Source of the DNA: Takakia lepidozioides
Taxonomy: Eukaryota > Plantae > Bryophyta
Reading direction: 5' to 3'
DNA: 64,000 nt
Assembly: GCA_030704615.1 (NCBI GenBank)
Contig: CM060731.1
Location: 84,754,001 to 84,818,000 of the forward strand
Position numbers and translations under genes: made by a program. The notes below the pieces were generated by a model. That model was given only the letters and a program-made list of their open reading frames with translations. It was not told where the DNA came from and searched no databases. Below, one piece after another: positions 38,830 to 51,000 of the stretch (within the stretch, counting starts at the first letter, position 1; every line of letters starts with the position of its first letter).

Positions 38830-39885
38830 GGTATGGCTGAACGAGATGTGGTGTTGTGTTTGCTGCATGAATTCTAGGCTGTCATTGTCAGTTGCTAGCA
38901 ACAAGACAAAGATGTATACATGATTTGTGCAGAGGCATGGATAGCTGAAGGAGCAGGGATGGAGTGTGGGCCCAGATTCATCCAAGAGGGCCGGATTTCA
39001 AGCTTCAGATCACCTATGACTCCCTATGGAAGGGTAGCTACAATAAACTTGCATGGGTAGATGGTCAACTAGCCACAACAGCATCGACACGATTGATAAA
39101 ATCAGGCACTGCTCATGAAGGCACCTTCTTCAACATGTTTCACCCTGTTTTTCCCTCTTATCAGAATCGGCCCTAAATGTTCAATTCTGCAAGTTAGCTG
39201 GTTGAGTGGACCTTAAATAGTTTGGAGTGACTTTGACATGATACTGCCAATGTGACAACATGATAAGTATCCAAAAACAAGTAACAGAGACGAGGAGAAG
39301 CTGTGGAATGAATACTTTTCTGACCCAGTCAACGGTGGGACAATCGAGCAAAAAGGTGAATGTCTCCTGGATTACAAAGAGTAGCAGATGTAATTGAGCA
39401 TAGGAACTAGAGTGATAAGTTGAGTTGGGTGTTTCCTAGAACAGATGTAGGCTGTCATTGTCAGCTGCTAGCAGTAAGGCAAGGATGTATGCAGATTTGT
39501 GCAGCGGCATGGATAGCTGAGGGAGCAGGGATAGAGTGTGGGTCCAGATTCATCCAAGAGGGCCGCATTTCAAGCTCCACATTACCTATGATTCCTTGTG
39601 GAAGGATAGCTAGAAAAAACCTGCATGGATAGATGGTCAACTGGAAGCCACAGCAGCAGCGGCGCCACAATTGATAAAATTAGACACTGATAATGAGGGC
39701 ACCTTCTTCAACACATTTTACTTTGTTTTTTCCTCTTATCAAAATCCTTCTTCTTCCATGTTGAATTCTGCAAGTTAGTTGGTTGAGTGAACCTTTGATA
39801 GTTTGGAGTGACTTTGACATGATACTGCTAAAGTGACAACAGGAAAGTATCCAGAAACAGGTAACAGAGATTATGAGAAGCTGTT
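38830..39885 (+). repeat. Two tandem copies of the PPR-associated ~0.6-kb repeat
   Basis: Matches 14430-15270; preceded directly by the PPR piece atggctgaacgagatgtggtg (MAERDVV). Confidence 0.88.
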
Positions 39886-39896
39886 GATCATTCATT

Positions 39897-40732
39897 GGGG
39901 AATGCTAGCATTTTGGGTGCAATGCTCATGAGCCTGTTCAGAAAATTCCATCGAGGGAGGCGAGTAATACTGCTTACGTGGAAGTGAGGCCCATGGTGCT
40001 TATTGTCTCCAGCAAACATTGGCTGCTCTTACAAATACAGCCCATTCTGTTATATGCAACTCAACCAGCTTAGCTGGAATCACAACCAACACCAATCCGG
40101 TTGGGTATAGTTTGTTGCCAATGCTAGCTCTACAAAATATGGGGATCATTCCAGCACAGTTCAACATGGACATGGAAGTGGAAGATAAATAAAGAAAATA
40201 GAAGGGAGCATAACAGGGTACATCAGCTGTAGTCTTTGAACTGGAAATTAATTGCGGAATCAGACCACACATGAGCCTATATAATTATGAAATGAATTCA
40301 CGGTTATTGTCATGGTGCTATGCAGGTTGAAGGTTGGATGGATAATGGATGGATGTTGGATGGATGGATGGTCCATGGATGATAAAGGTTCAGGTAAAGA
40401 TTGAGTGTTAGGGTTGAGGTAAAGGTAAAGGTTGTGAGGTAAAGGTTGTGAGGTAAAGGGTTGAGTGTTAGGGTTGAGGTAGGGTGATAAGGATGATAAG
40501 GGTTAGGGTTTGGGGTTTGGGGTTCACGGTTGGGGTTTGAGTTTGGGGTTTCAGGGTTACTGTTGTAAAACCCGTGTTTCCGCGGTAATGGGTGCTCTTC
40601 CGCGGAAATAGACCCTACATCTTCCTCCATTTTCATGCCAGGTGGACTGGGCTCACATGCTCACAGGCTCATGGGGCTGGGCTCACATGCTCACAGGCTC
40701 ACGGGGCTGGGCTCACACTCTAGCATTCTCCT
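39897..40732. mobile_element. Non-autonomous TIR element (PIF/Harbinger-like MITE) inserted in a LINE
   Basis: TIRs GGGGAATGCTAG / CTAGCATTCTCC; ATT duplicated on both sides; removal restores LINE codons ttc att tgg ggt (FIWG). Contains telomere-like repeats and a 31-bp tandem repeat. Confidence 0.8.
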
Positions 40733-42430
40733 ATTTGGGGTGCTACTTCAGCATCTGCAAATAAGAGAACGCTGATTAGTTGGGCGCAACTCTGTAAAAA
40801 GAAGAAGCATGGAGGCCTTGGAGTTCTTGACCCTCAATCTCAGATTGTTGCCTTATTAGCAAAATGGGTGTCGGGAATCTTCACCCACCTCCAGAGTCCC
40901 TGGAGCAGGTTAGTTAGGCACCATATTGCGGCGACAATCCCACGAACAAGTACTCTGTGGCCTTCTTCTCTCAGATGGATAGTTCAAGGTGGTCATATGA
41001 ATGTCAAACATGGGATTGGGTCAAAAGCTTGGCAAACTATCTGGTCTGCCTGGTGCAAATTGAGGAATTTCCTGGTTCAAACGATGCCTGCTTCTTTTGA
41101 TGAAGTTATGAGACAACCGCTCTTTGGTAATTATAATCGTGATTCTGAAGACCTTGTCCAGTGCTCTAAAAGATGGTCGCATTGGGAGCATGCGGGCCTG
41201 TCCCATCTTATGCATTTTTGGGATGTAGATGTAGGCCCTGCAATCTTACCCGAAGTGGCTGCGATTGGTTTCTCCTCCAGAAGAGTGGCCTCTGGGTGGC
41301 ATACTGTCATGGGTAGCCTTCCTCAGAGATGGCTTCACTTTCTCTCCAACACTCAAAGCTCGTCGCTTCCTAGGTGGATGGGGTTTCACTCTAAGGCTGG
41401 CCCAAATGTTATGTATGTTACAGCCTTGGCCAGAGACCAATATTTGGGCATCACCTTCAGAGTGCAAGGAAACTGCATCTTGACCTGTCCCCTTGAAGCT
41501 CAATTTCATGTCACAGCTGACCGGTACGATATCAGAGTTATATGCTCAACCTCTGGTAAATCGAACCCTTCCCCCCCCCATTCAGCTGCAGCATTATGAT
41601 AATTCCTTCTTCTGGTTCCTCTCTGCGCCGGTAAGATTGCTTCAATTCGATCCTAGTGAATGGCTATGGATGTCTAAGAAGCACAACCATTTTTATGCAT
41701 ACACTGTTAAGATGGGTTACTCTCTCCTGGTGCCTAAGCAATCCTTTGACAGAAAATGGTCGAGAAAACCTTTTGGGGCACTCTGTGTCGTGGGACCTAG
41801 TTTGGGCGGAAGCATAGAGCTGCTAAGATCTCATCCTTTCTTTGGAGGGTTGCCAATAGAATCCTACATGTTGGAAGCATTATCTCTGACCCTCCCTCTC
41901 CCTGTCTTACCTGCAGTATGAATTCTCCAGAGGATCTGGAGCATTGCCTAATTTCTTGTCCCTTTGCAGCGGCAGTTTGGGCCCGTGCTACTGCCCTATA
42001 TGCCTTCTGGAACAATGACCTTATCTACTCTACCTCTGCTCTTCTCCTCAATATTAAAGATGGGGGCTTGTTATGTTCCTGTCCATTTTGGGAGTCTCTA
42101 GGGGCATTGTGCTTTGGCATATATTGAAGATGAGGTGTTCTATTGTTTTTCATAATGCTATGCCTTGCCTGCAAAAGGTCTTGTTCTTAGCTCACTCAGA
42201 CGTGAAGTCTGAAGCTTGGAAGTCATGGTGTCTCCTTGTGGCAGCAATTGCAAAGTGTGGAAATAGGAGAAAGGCCCAGCTCCTTGTAGACTTCGATAGA
42301 TCTTGGGGTAAAGGAGGGTTCTTCTGCAGGAGAATTGACGAGTCTCGGATTGAATGGTATGAAGACATCCCTGCCTGCTACATCAGTAATTGGGAGCCGC
42401 TAAAGGACGTCCTTCAATCCAAATGATGTC
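40733..42430 (+). mobile_element. L1-type LINE ORF2 3' portion
   Basis: FIWG..ISWAQLCKKKKHGGLGVLD..ALLAKW; EDLEHCLISCPFAAAVW; VLWHILKMRC. Confidence 0.85.
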
Positions 42431-42819
42431 GTGTATGGTGGGCGCCACGTCCAACTGCCCGTTGGTGATCAATCCCTGGATGGAGACGATGCGAAGGTCA
42501 ACTGGAGGCACAAAAGGAGTCTTAGAAAGGGGAAATCCAAGCTCAATTATCTTTTGAGGCCCCCAAAAAGAAGAGAGGCAACATGTAGATTTAGTGCTGT
42601 TAGGCTCTTAGTTATTGTCTCCCTGGTCTTTCATTCTGGTTTGCAGGTTGGCTCTTTGCAATAGTGCCTCTATTGGTCAGCCCTTCTCTTTCGTTCTCTT
42701 TGTCTTGCAGGCTAGCACTAGTGTGGTAGTGCTCTGTTTTTGTTCTCTGAGCTTGTAGCCTTCTCTTCATGTTACAGACTTGCACTAGTTGTGCAGTGCC
42801 TTCTGCAGCTTAGCCTAGT

Positions 42820-45800
42820 CTTTATCCGGTTTTTTCTTTCTCTCTCTCTCTCTTGCATCTCTTTCTCTCTCGCGCGCGTCTCTCTTCACCTTTCTCTCTC
42901 GCGCGCGCGGCAGCACGTCGGCGCTGCTAGCGTCGCCTCCACCACACCATGACGTCCTCCAATCGCCAAAGGACGTTTGGCGAAGAGGTAGACTCCCCGT
43001 CTCCCTCACCCCGACCTACTTCCCCTCTGCTTCTTCTTCCTGCCCCTGTCTCTCAGCAGGCCTCTCATTTGCGTCAGTACTCCACAAGGAGTGCTAATGT
43101 TCAAACGCTTCGGGACCAAATCACCATCTTGCAAACAAAATGCATCTCGGAGGAGACTCTCCAGCTAGCACTCGCTGCCCGAGACAAGGACTCGGAGGAG
43201 CGGTTGGCTTCCCTAGACAAAGATTGGGAGACGCGGATGGCTTCCCTTAACAAAGCTTGGGAGGAGCGCATGGCTTCCTTGGACAAAAATTGGGAGAAGC
43301 ACATGGCAGACAGGGACACAAACTTGGAGAAGTCGTTGGACCATATACGAGTTCAGGATAGCGCTTTGCATACCTCTCTTCAGGAGTGCAATAGCAAACT
43401 TCAAGGTCTGTCGAAACATCTCAATGACAAATCCACACATATGCGTCTTTTGAAACTTGAAGGCGAAGTGAAGACCTTCGCAAAGAAGAGCCCCACAGAT
43501 CCCTTCACGGCAAGCATCCACCTGCAGGTGGAATCCCTTAGCAAAGAGCTGGAAACACACAGAACTGCGACGTCTACAACGGCTCGGGAGCTCCAAGCTA
43601 ACAAGGCAGAGGCCTCCTCCTGGGCTAATATAGTTAAGGGGAGCACATCCAACAACAGCCCTCACTCTCTAGAGGAGACAGTCTCGGCTACCTTGCGAGA
43701 GGAACAGCAACGGGCTTTCAAAGCCCTTAACATCAGGGTCATTGGGAAACTATGGAGCCTTGCTGAGGGGGACCCTCTTGACGCTGCCACCAGCCTTATT
43801 TAGCAAAACCTTGCTCTACCACGGGGAGCGAGTGGCATTGAAAGGGCTTGACGTGCAGGATCTTCAGAGCACAAAGTTCTCTTCATTAGATTCAAGGACA
43901 AGGGTGCTCGGGATAGAGTCCTCAGGCAAAGGCCTCAATTGAGAGGTCAGGGTATGTACCTCAACAATGACTTGACCCCTTTGCAATACAACGTCATGCG
44001 GGCGCAACTCTTGCAGGTTAAGCAAGCTCGAGCTCAGGGGCACTATGCCGTGTACCGAGATAGGAGGGTAATTGTTCAGGAGCACGAGCGTCGCCTCTCT
44101 AGCTCTAAATAGGGGTTGGGGCACCATGAGACCAACACACGCTCACATCTACACATTGGCTCATGGAACTGTAATGGCTCGTTGTGGAGCCACCCCCAAG
44201 GGCTTCTAGATATTCTTTCCAAGTGTGATGTTCTTTTTCTTTTGGAGACACATGCGTACGAAGGAAAAGACCCCCCTTTTATTCTCGGTTATAGCGTTCA
44301 GTCAGTGACTCGTCCACGTACAGGTCTCAAAGGATCTGGAGGTGTGGCTTGTTACTTTGCCGACTGGCTTCTCCCATTTATCTCCTTCCCATTCAAAGAC
44401 CCACTGGCAAGGTACATTTGGTGTCACATAAAAGGCTACAACATCCTGCTAGCGGGATGTTATTTTGCTCCGGCTACATCTCCGCACAGTGGCCTACATA
44501 TTCGAACAGATTCACCATATGTTCCATTGGAGGACGATATGGCCCGTCTTCGTACCCTACACACGGACATTTTCTTGGTTGGAGATTTCAACGCCCGTAC
44601 AAGATCACTACAGGCCCCCACCTTCGACCACACAGATCCTCTACACATCCAACGCTCGCATACGAAATTGGAGAGGCAAAGTGCAGATTCCTCTTGCGAA
44701 ATCACAAGCTACGGTCACCATCTACTCAAGTTTTGTGAAACTCAGTTCACTTGCCATTCACAATGGAACAACCAATTTCAAGTCCTCCAGCAAGTTCACT
44801 TGCCACACGTACAAGGGCCAGAGCGTGGTTGACTATCTCTTGGGGAGCCCAAACAAGTCTGATAGAATAAGCTCCTTTTACATCACGAGGTACCCGGATT
44901 CTGATCACTCTTGCCTTTCCTTTGCATTTCCTTCCATCTCCCCCCCCCCCGTGAAGGTCCCCTCTGCTTCTCTTCCCCTACACCCATGTATCCACTTTAA
45001 TACCCCTTTCTCTCACTTACACGACGCCGAGTATGAAACACACCTAGCGTCAACCCTCCCCTCCATTCTACATCTACCATCTCCTAACAACATGGCTACA
45101 CATCTTACTCTAGCCCTTTGGGACTCAGCCCTGCGATCCTTTCCCGTCACCCTTCCATCTACCTCCTCAACCTACTCCACTCGTCGTTATGCCCCATTTT
45201 ATGATGAGGAATGCAAGACTGCTAGACGTCACATCAAATTTTTACTACTACATACCAATTCCTTCTCCAGAGTCCACTAATCTTGCTCTTAAGCACTATA
45301 AGTCCCTCATTAGATCCAAAAAGAGAGCCTACACTATCAAGTTGCAATCTTCTTTCCTTGCTAAAATCAGATTTTCTCCTCGTTCTTTTTGGTCCCTCCT
45401 TAAACCTCATAGAGACCCTCCCCCAATCACTGACATTCACGTCTGGCATGAGTATGCATAGTCTTTGTACCATTCCCCAACCCAAACTCCCTCTCCTATA
45501 ACATCTAAACCCCTTCACTTCTCTCTCTTTACTACAGCCAATGTCAGTAAGGCAATCAAGAAGCTGCAAATTGGCAGAGCAGTAGACATTTCAGGACTTC
45601 AGAGTGAATTCATCAAGCATGTTGCACCTACTTTAACCCCTTTTATAGCTAACCTCTTCAATGAGGTGGTGCAATGGGGCTTTCCCACAGAGTGGACAAA
45701 GAGCATCATCCACCCACTCTTCAAGAGCGGTGACAGGCTCGCACCGACCAACTATCGTACTATCATGGTGTCCTCAGTACTTGCTAAACTGTTTGGGGCA

Positions 45801-47571
45801 GTAGTGGCCATGGAACTGGATGATTGGGCTGAGTCCTCTCGCATTCGTGCTGAGGGACAGGCCGGTTTCCGTCGCAACAGATCCACTATTGACCACATCT
45901 TCACTCTTCAGGTTATGGTGGAAAGTGCACGCTATGACAAAAGAATGGTCTATGTTTGCTTCGTGGACTTTCAGTTCCTCGGGACCTTCTCTTCCAACGG
46001 CTCCATAGAGTGGAAGTCCCTCCAGACATCCTTTGTGCCATCTCTTCTATGTATGAGATTGTCACTGGCATGGTCCACGTCGCTGGTGAATTCTCAGCCG
46101 AGGTCCACAGCAACATAGGAGTCAAACAGGGCTGCCCCCTTTCACCTACCCTGTTCGGGATCTACATTGACGCTTTGGAGAATTACATATCAAAAAACCA
46201 TGGGGTTGGGGTACCATTGGATGGGGGACCAACGCAATCAGATCTCCTCTATGCTGATGATGTTGCCCTTTTGGCACTATCCCCGGTCTTCCTGCAACGC
46301 CATCTCAAAATTTTGGAACAGTTCTGCAAAGACTATGGGATGCAAGTCAATCTTAGCAAGACCAAGATCATGGTCTTCAATGGCCAGGCTGATCGTAGAT
46401 TCATCTTCAACCAGCAAGAAATTGAGATTGTGAAATCATACCGATATCTGGGTCTGGTTATCCACTCCCCCAAGTTTCACTTTGCAGCCACTGCCTTGGA
46501 CAGATTGACTAAAGGTAAGGCGGCCTCCGTCTGCCTTTAGGCCAAATGCAAGCAAATACATCTGCGTCATCCCCCAACCCAAAAGTGGCTGTTTGACACT
46601 GTCGTCAGCCCTGTTACCATCTATGGTTGTGAGTTCTGGGCACCTGGTGTCCCTGTCTTCTGGTGGGAAAAGTATTTGGAGCCATTACAGTCATCTTTTC
46701 TCCAAGCAATGCTTGGCGCCAGGAGCACAACTCCATCTCAGATCCTAGGGGCAGAGTTTGCATGTGTACCATTGCAATCCGAGGCCCTCTTCCGGCTTAC
46801 AATCTTTCTCCATAGATTACAGGCCCTTCCACCCAAGGGGCGCGTGGCAAGGGCCCTCACAACATCTATGAGGCTCAAAGTTGCAAGTTTCAGGAACTCC
46901 TGGTATGCTCGAGTGGACAGTTTATTTCAATGTAACGGACTTTCTACTGCTTTCCTATTACCAATGAATCCAGATGAGGTGGACATCACGTCCAGACATG
47001 ACCGCAACAGACTCATTAGGAGAGAGCTTATGGAATTACATGTCCAGAGAACTTGGAAGCTACCCAATCTCACAACAAAGCTCCACTTCTATCGAGAGAC
47101 ATTCTTGGTGCTCCGCGACAATAGAATCTTGAGACCAAATTACCTTTTAGCATCCTTATCTCCTTCCCTCCTGAGGGCATTGGGGCGGTTCAGGGTGGGT
47201 TCCCACAACCTACGGATAGAGACTGGCAGATTGGAAAACCTGCAACGGGAGGCCCGCCTATGTCCAGCTTGCATAGGGCGCAGCCAGGAAATCGAAACTG
47301 AAGCACACTTCTTCTTCTATTGCCCTCTATACTACGAGATCCGTGGGAGATTCCACTGTTTATTCAGTGGAACCCAAACTCTCACGTCTTCCACTATGAG
47401 GATAAAAAATGCTTGGCAGCCTACCTGCACAAGGCCTTCACCCTTCAACATTCGCTAGAACATTAATTGTGGTTTCTGGACTTGTTCCTCTCTCATGTTT
47501 CCATTTTGTCCCATAAGCTCTATGAGCTTTCCGCGGACGTTATAAAGTACCATTTCATTTCATTTCATTTC
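42820..47571 (+). mobile_element. Near full-length non-L1 LINE: ORF1 (coiled coil + RRM-like) and ORF2 (APE, RT, Zn finger), (CATTT)n tail
   Basis: ORF1 42949-~44110 (NIRVIG, YLNNDLTP). ORF2: [84 protein letters not shown]. Tail catttcatttcatttcatttc at 47551-47571. A few stops and frameshifts. Confidence 0.93.
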
Positions 47572-48084
47572 TCTTCTTAGAACTGTTGGCTCGGAGTGGA
47601 ACCTCTTTTCTCTGCCTTTATGGCTCTTGTAAGGTTATTTTTTCCTTACCTTATTAATAAAATTAGGGCTACAATCCCCCTGTTCTTTTAAAAAAATTAA
47701 AAAAAAAATACTTAAAAAAAACTAGGTTGCGAAGTTGTGCCAACAAGTAGGTCGGCGCCACCATCGCAGGTGGCGACAACGCACTAACATTGGTGGTGCC
47801 ACCAACGTTGGTGGTGCCAGCCCTTGAGGACAGGAAAACTGCACACACCATCATGTGTACGCTACTCTAAACTACAATCCAATAAACACACTTTCCACAC
47901 TGTGGCCATTTGAATCACTGCCAAATCCTTTCCCTGAGAGCCCACTCTGCTACAACATCCTTTTCCTCTGCATTTTGTCATTGTAATCCACTCTACCCTT
48001 CTTTAATTGATACACCTTGTAAAAGGAAAAAAAATTCTGACTCCACAGTTGAGCCAATATATCTAAGAGGATTTAGTTGGTGGA

Positions 48085-51000
48085 TCAGCTCCTTGGAGAT
48101 CGGATGAAAAGGAGAGCAGCCCCTGAAACCGCACGAAGAATCAACAACCGTGAATCAATGTATGTGGCACACACCAGTCCTGTCACATCGAACATCTCAC
48201 GTGGGATTTGCAACCGAACTTCTTTGAGAATCCTGTTGGGAAGAGAAGGTTCCTTCCCCTGGCTGTCCAGCTCAAGAATCATCTCTAGATCTTGAGGTGC
48301 CAATCTCATAACTGGCATACTGGCGGGAACTTTTTGAGGTAAGAACTCATTCCGATGTCTGAGTGATTTGTCCAATCGTGTCCCCATGTCTTGAGAGACT
48401 GACTGTGGCTTATCAACGGCACTGGGCTTTACACTCAAAGGTGGGTCATGTTCCTCCGTTTGGTAGAGTCGTATATCATCAGCAAGAACAACAATCGGTG
48501 CACGCACCTTGAATTTCCCTGCTGCTCCACTTTTATCAGAGGACCAATTGCCCTTCTCAGACATAACAGTAAAAACCACATCAACTTCCATTGAGAGTGT
48601 ATCTTGCCCATCTGACGATACCTGAAATTCCTGGAACACGTTGCTTACTAGCACTGCTGGTGAGGCCTGCACACACACATTTCATAACAGATTTTAAAGG
48701 TTGACGAGGGAAGAGGGACTGCTGGGGGTAAGACAGTGTTACAGATACAGGGAGAGCATAAAGAAATGCACCTGACGCTGTGTAAGGCCGATAAGCTTGC
48801 CTGTATGATACAGAAGACGCCATCTGCCCGGCAAAAGCTTAATCCACTCCTGCACCAATAGTCCAGACAGCCAAGTCAACATCCCTTTGACCACAGAGAA
48901 GAATGCCTCTGGCTCCCCACCACTGTCCCTCTGCTGCAGCCCTTATCACCTGCCCTAAATCCACCCTTCCCCCTTCTCTCTTTAGTTCTGTCCAATTGGC
49001 ATTTTCTGCTTCAGGTGGATGCTATCCAGTCCCCTTTTTTCTTTCTTTTTTCTTCATCTGCATCTCTGCTCTCACAGAAATAACAAAACCCAGGTTGTTC
49101 CTATCCCCTGAAAGGACAGAGAAGGAATAAGGAATTCTCACCTTGTAGACAGAGTTTGGGTTCATCCTCTCCAGCAAGTCAATAAGCTTGAAAAGACGGT
49201 TACGCTGCTTTTCCAGATGTTGCATCACACCACCACACTCTGTGGTTATAATCCAAGTCTAAAATCAAGGAAATGACTTAATTGTAACAGCACCTCTATT
49301 GCATGTTACTTCTGCGACTTGATCGATACGCTGTTTACTTGGCTCACGGTTTGAGAAACTGAAGTTAAAGTAGAGGCATTTGCTGAGTTAACCACAGTAC
49401 CTGCTGTGACAAGCTAATGGACACGTCAGGTACACTCAGGACCTTAACAGAAGTAATATATGCACGAACAATTTACCTGGTCAGCTCCATACATAAATTC
49501 CTCCATTATCCGGACAGCAAATGACCCTAGGCTCCAACGAGTCATTTCCAAAGATGACTCCACCCGCCACTTTGGCCCGCAAAGGAACGGATGTCTCAAT
49601 GCATGTGTACAACTGCCATACCAATTTTCTTTTTTAACACACAATACTGCCTTGTCACGGCATAGCATTAGTAAGTAGCTACCAACCTATGGAATACAGA
49701 TAAGGATACCCTGGTGCCTTATTCATCTGCAGCATCCCTGCTAGTGTCCAATCATGGTGTTGAATTGTCTATCTGCCAAGCAATTCAAATATACAGTTGA
49801 GAAGAGCTCAAAAGGAAAAAACCACTGGTGACAGAAAAACACCTGATGCGATCTGCAGGATTGTTGGTGAGCATAGATGCAAGCAAATTCCAGCCAGCCC
49901 CTCCATCTCTGTCCAGAAGCTAACCACAAAGTACACAATAGCACATTATAAGATTACTGATTATCTTTCATAGGTACAAGTTAGAGACGACTTTTGAGCT
50001 CCTACTGTCGCAGGCACTCTGAACACCAAGCATGAAAATAACCCATTACAAGATTACTAGTTAGATTTCATGGGCACAAATAATTGAGGAGTTCTGAGCT
50101 CTACTGTCTTCCAAATTTCTCCGCACTTTTCTGTTTCTTCCTCAGTGAAATGAAATGAAACGGTACTCTATAACGTCCGCGGAAAGCTCAAAGAGCTTAT
50201 GGGACAAAATGGAAAAAACAAGAGAGAGGCGAGAGAAGGTAGCGAGAGAGGGATATAAGAGAGAATGCCTGTTCCTAAGCTGTAATACTACATGCCACAT
50301 CAACAGATACCAATATTGTTGGTCAAAAAAGATGTGTAAAAAAGGAACCTGCACACCATTGCTGCCTGAGGGAGACTCGTGATTGACTAGTGGCAACAAG
50401 AACTCACGCAACCCTGCTGGATCATGTCCCTGGCATCCCAAATCCAGTGTTAATTTGACAGACAGACAACGTGTTCAAGTAAATTTCAGTCACATTCTCA
50501 TAAGAGTGGACCCCACCTTCAAAAATCTATCAAAAAACGAAGTCTCCTTCCATGGTCAAACACATGACAAGCAGCATCAGTAATGCACCTGAGTGAGAAA
50601 GTTTTTGAAGAGAGAAAATTTAGCAGGGTCCATGAGCTCACGCAGCACCATCTTTACCATCATGAACCCTACACATCTGATCCCAAATTTCATAAACTGA
50701 AAGAAGTCAGTCAAAAGCCAATTTTACCAAGAAATTGGTGGTGCCTCTTTATATTATGTGTGACAAGCAGCAAAACTCCTCTGCAAATACGACAATTATA
50801 CAGTCACTGATGCATCAGCAGATAGATCCAATATTTACAAGAAGGTCACAGATGCACATTTGGTCATCTGCAAAATGTATGTGTGTTTGAGGTGCAGTCA
50901 AAAAAAAAATCTCGTGTAGAAGTTGAAGCCCCCGGGATAATTGCACGTAAATCGGTGCACGAACCAAGTGGCATTTCCACAATTCAGGACTTCAGTTACA

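Noticed and set aside
40490-40560. True telomere or fusion scar
   Set aside because: Short, degenerate, and enclosed in a TIR/TSD-bounded element.
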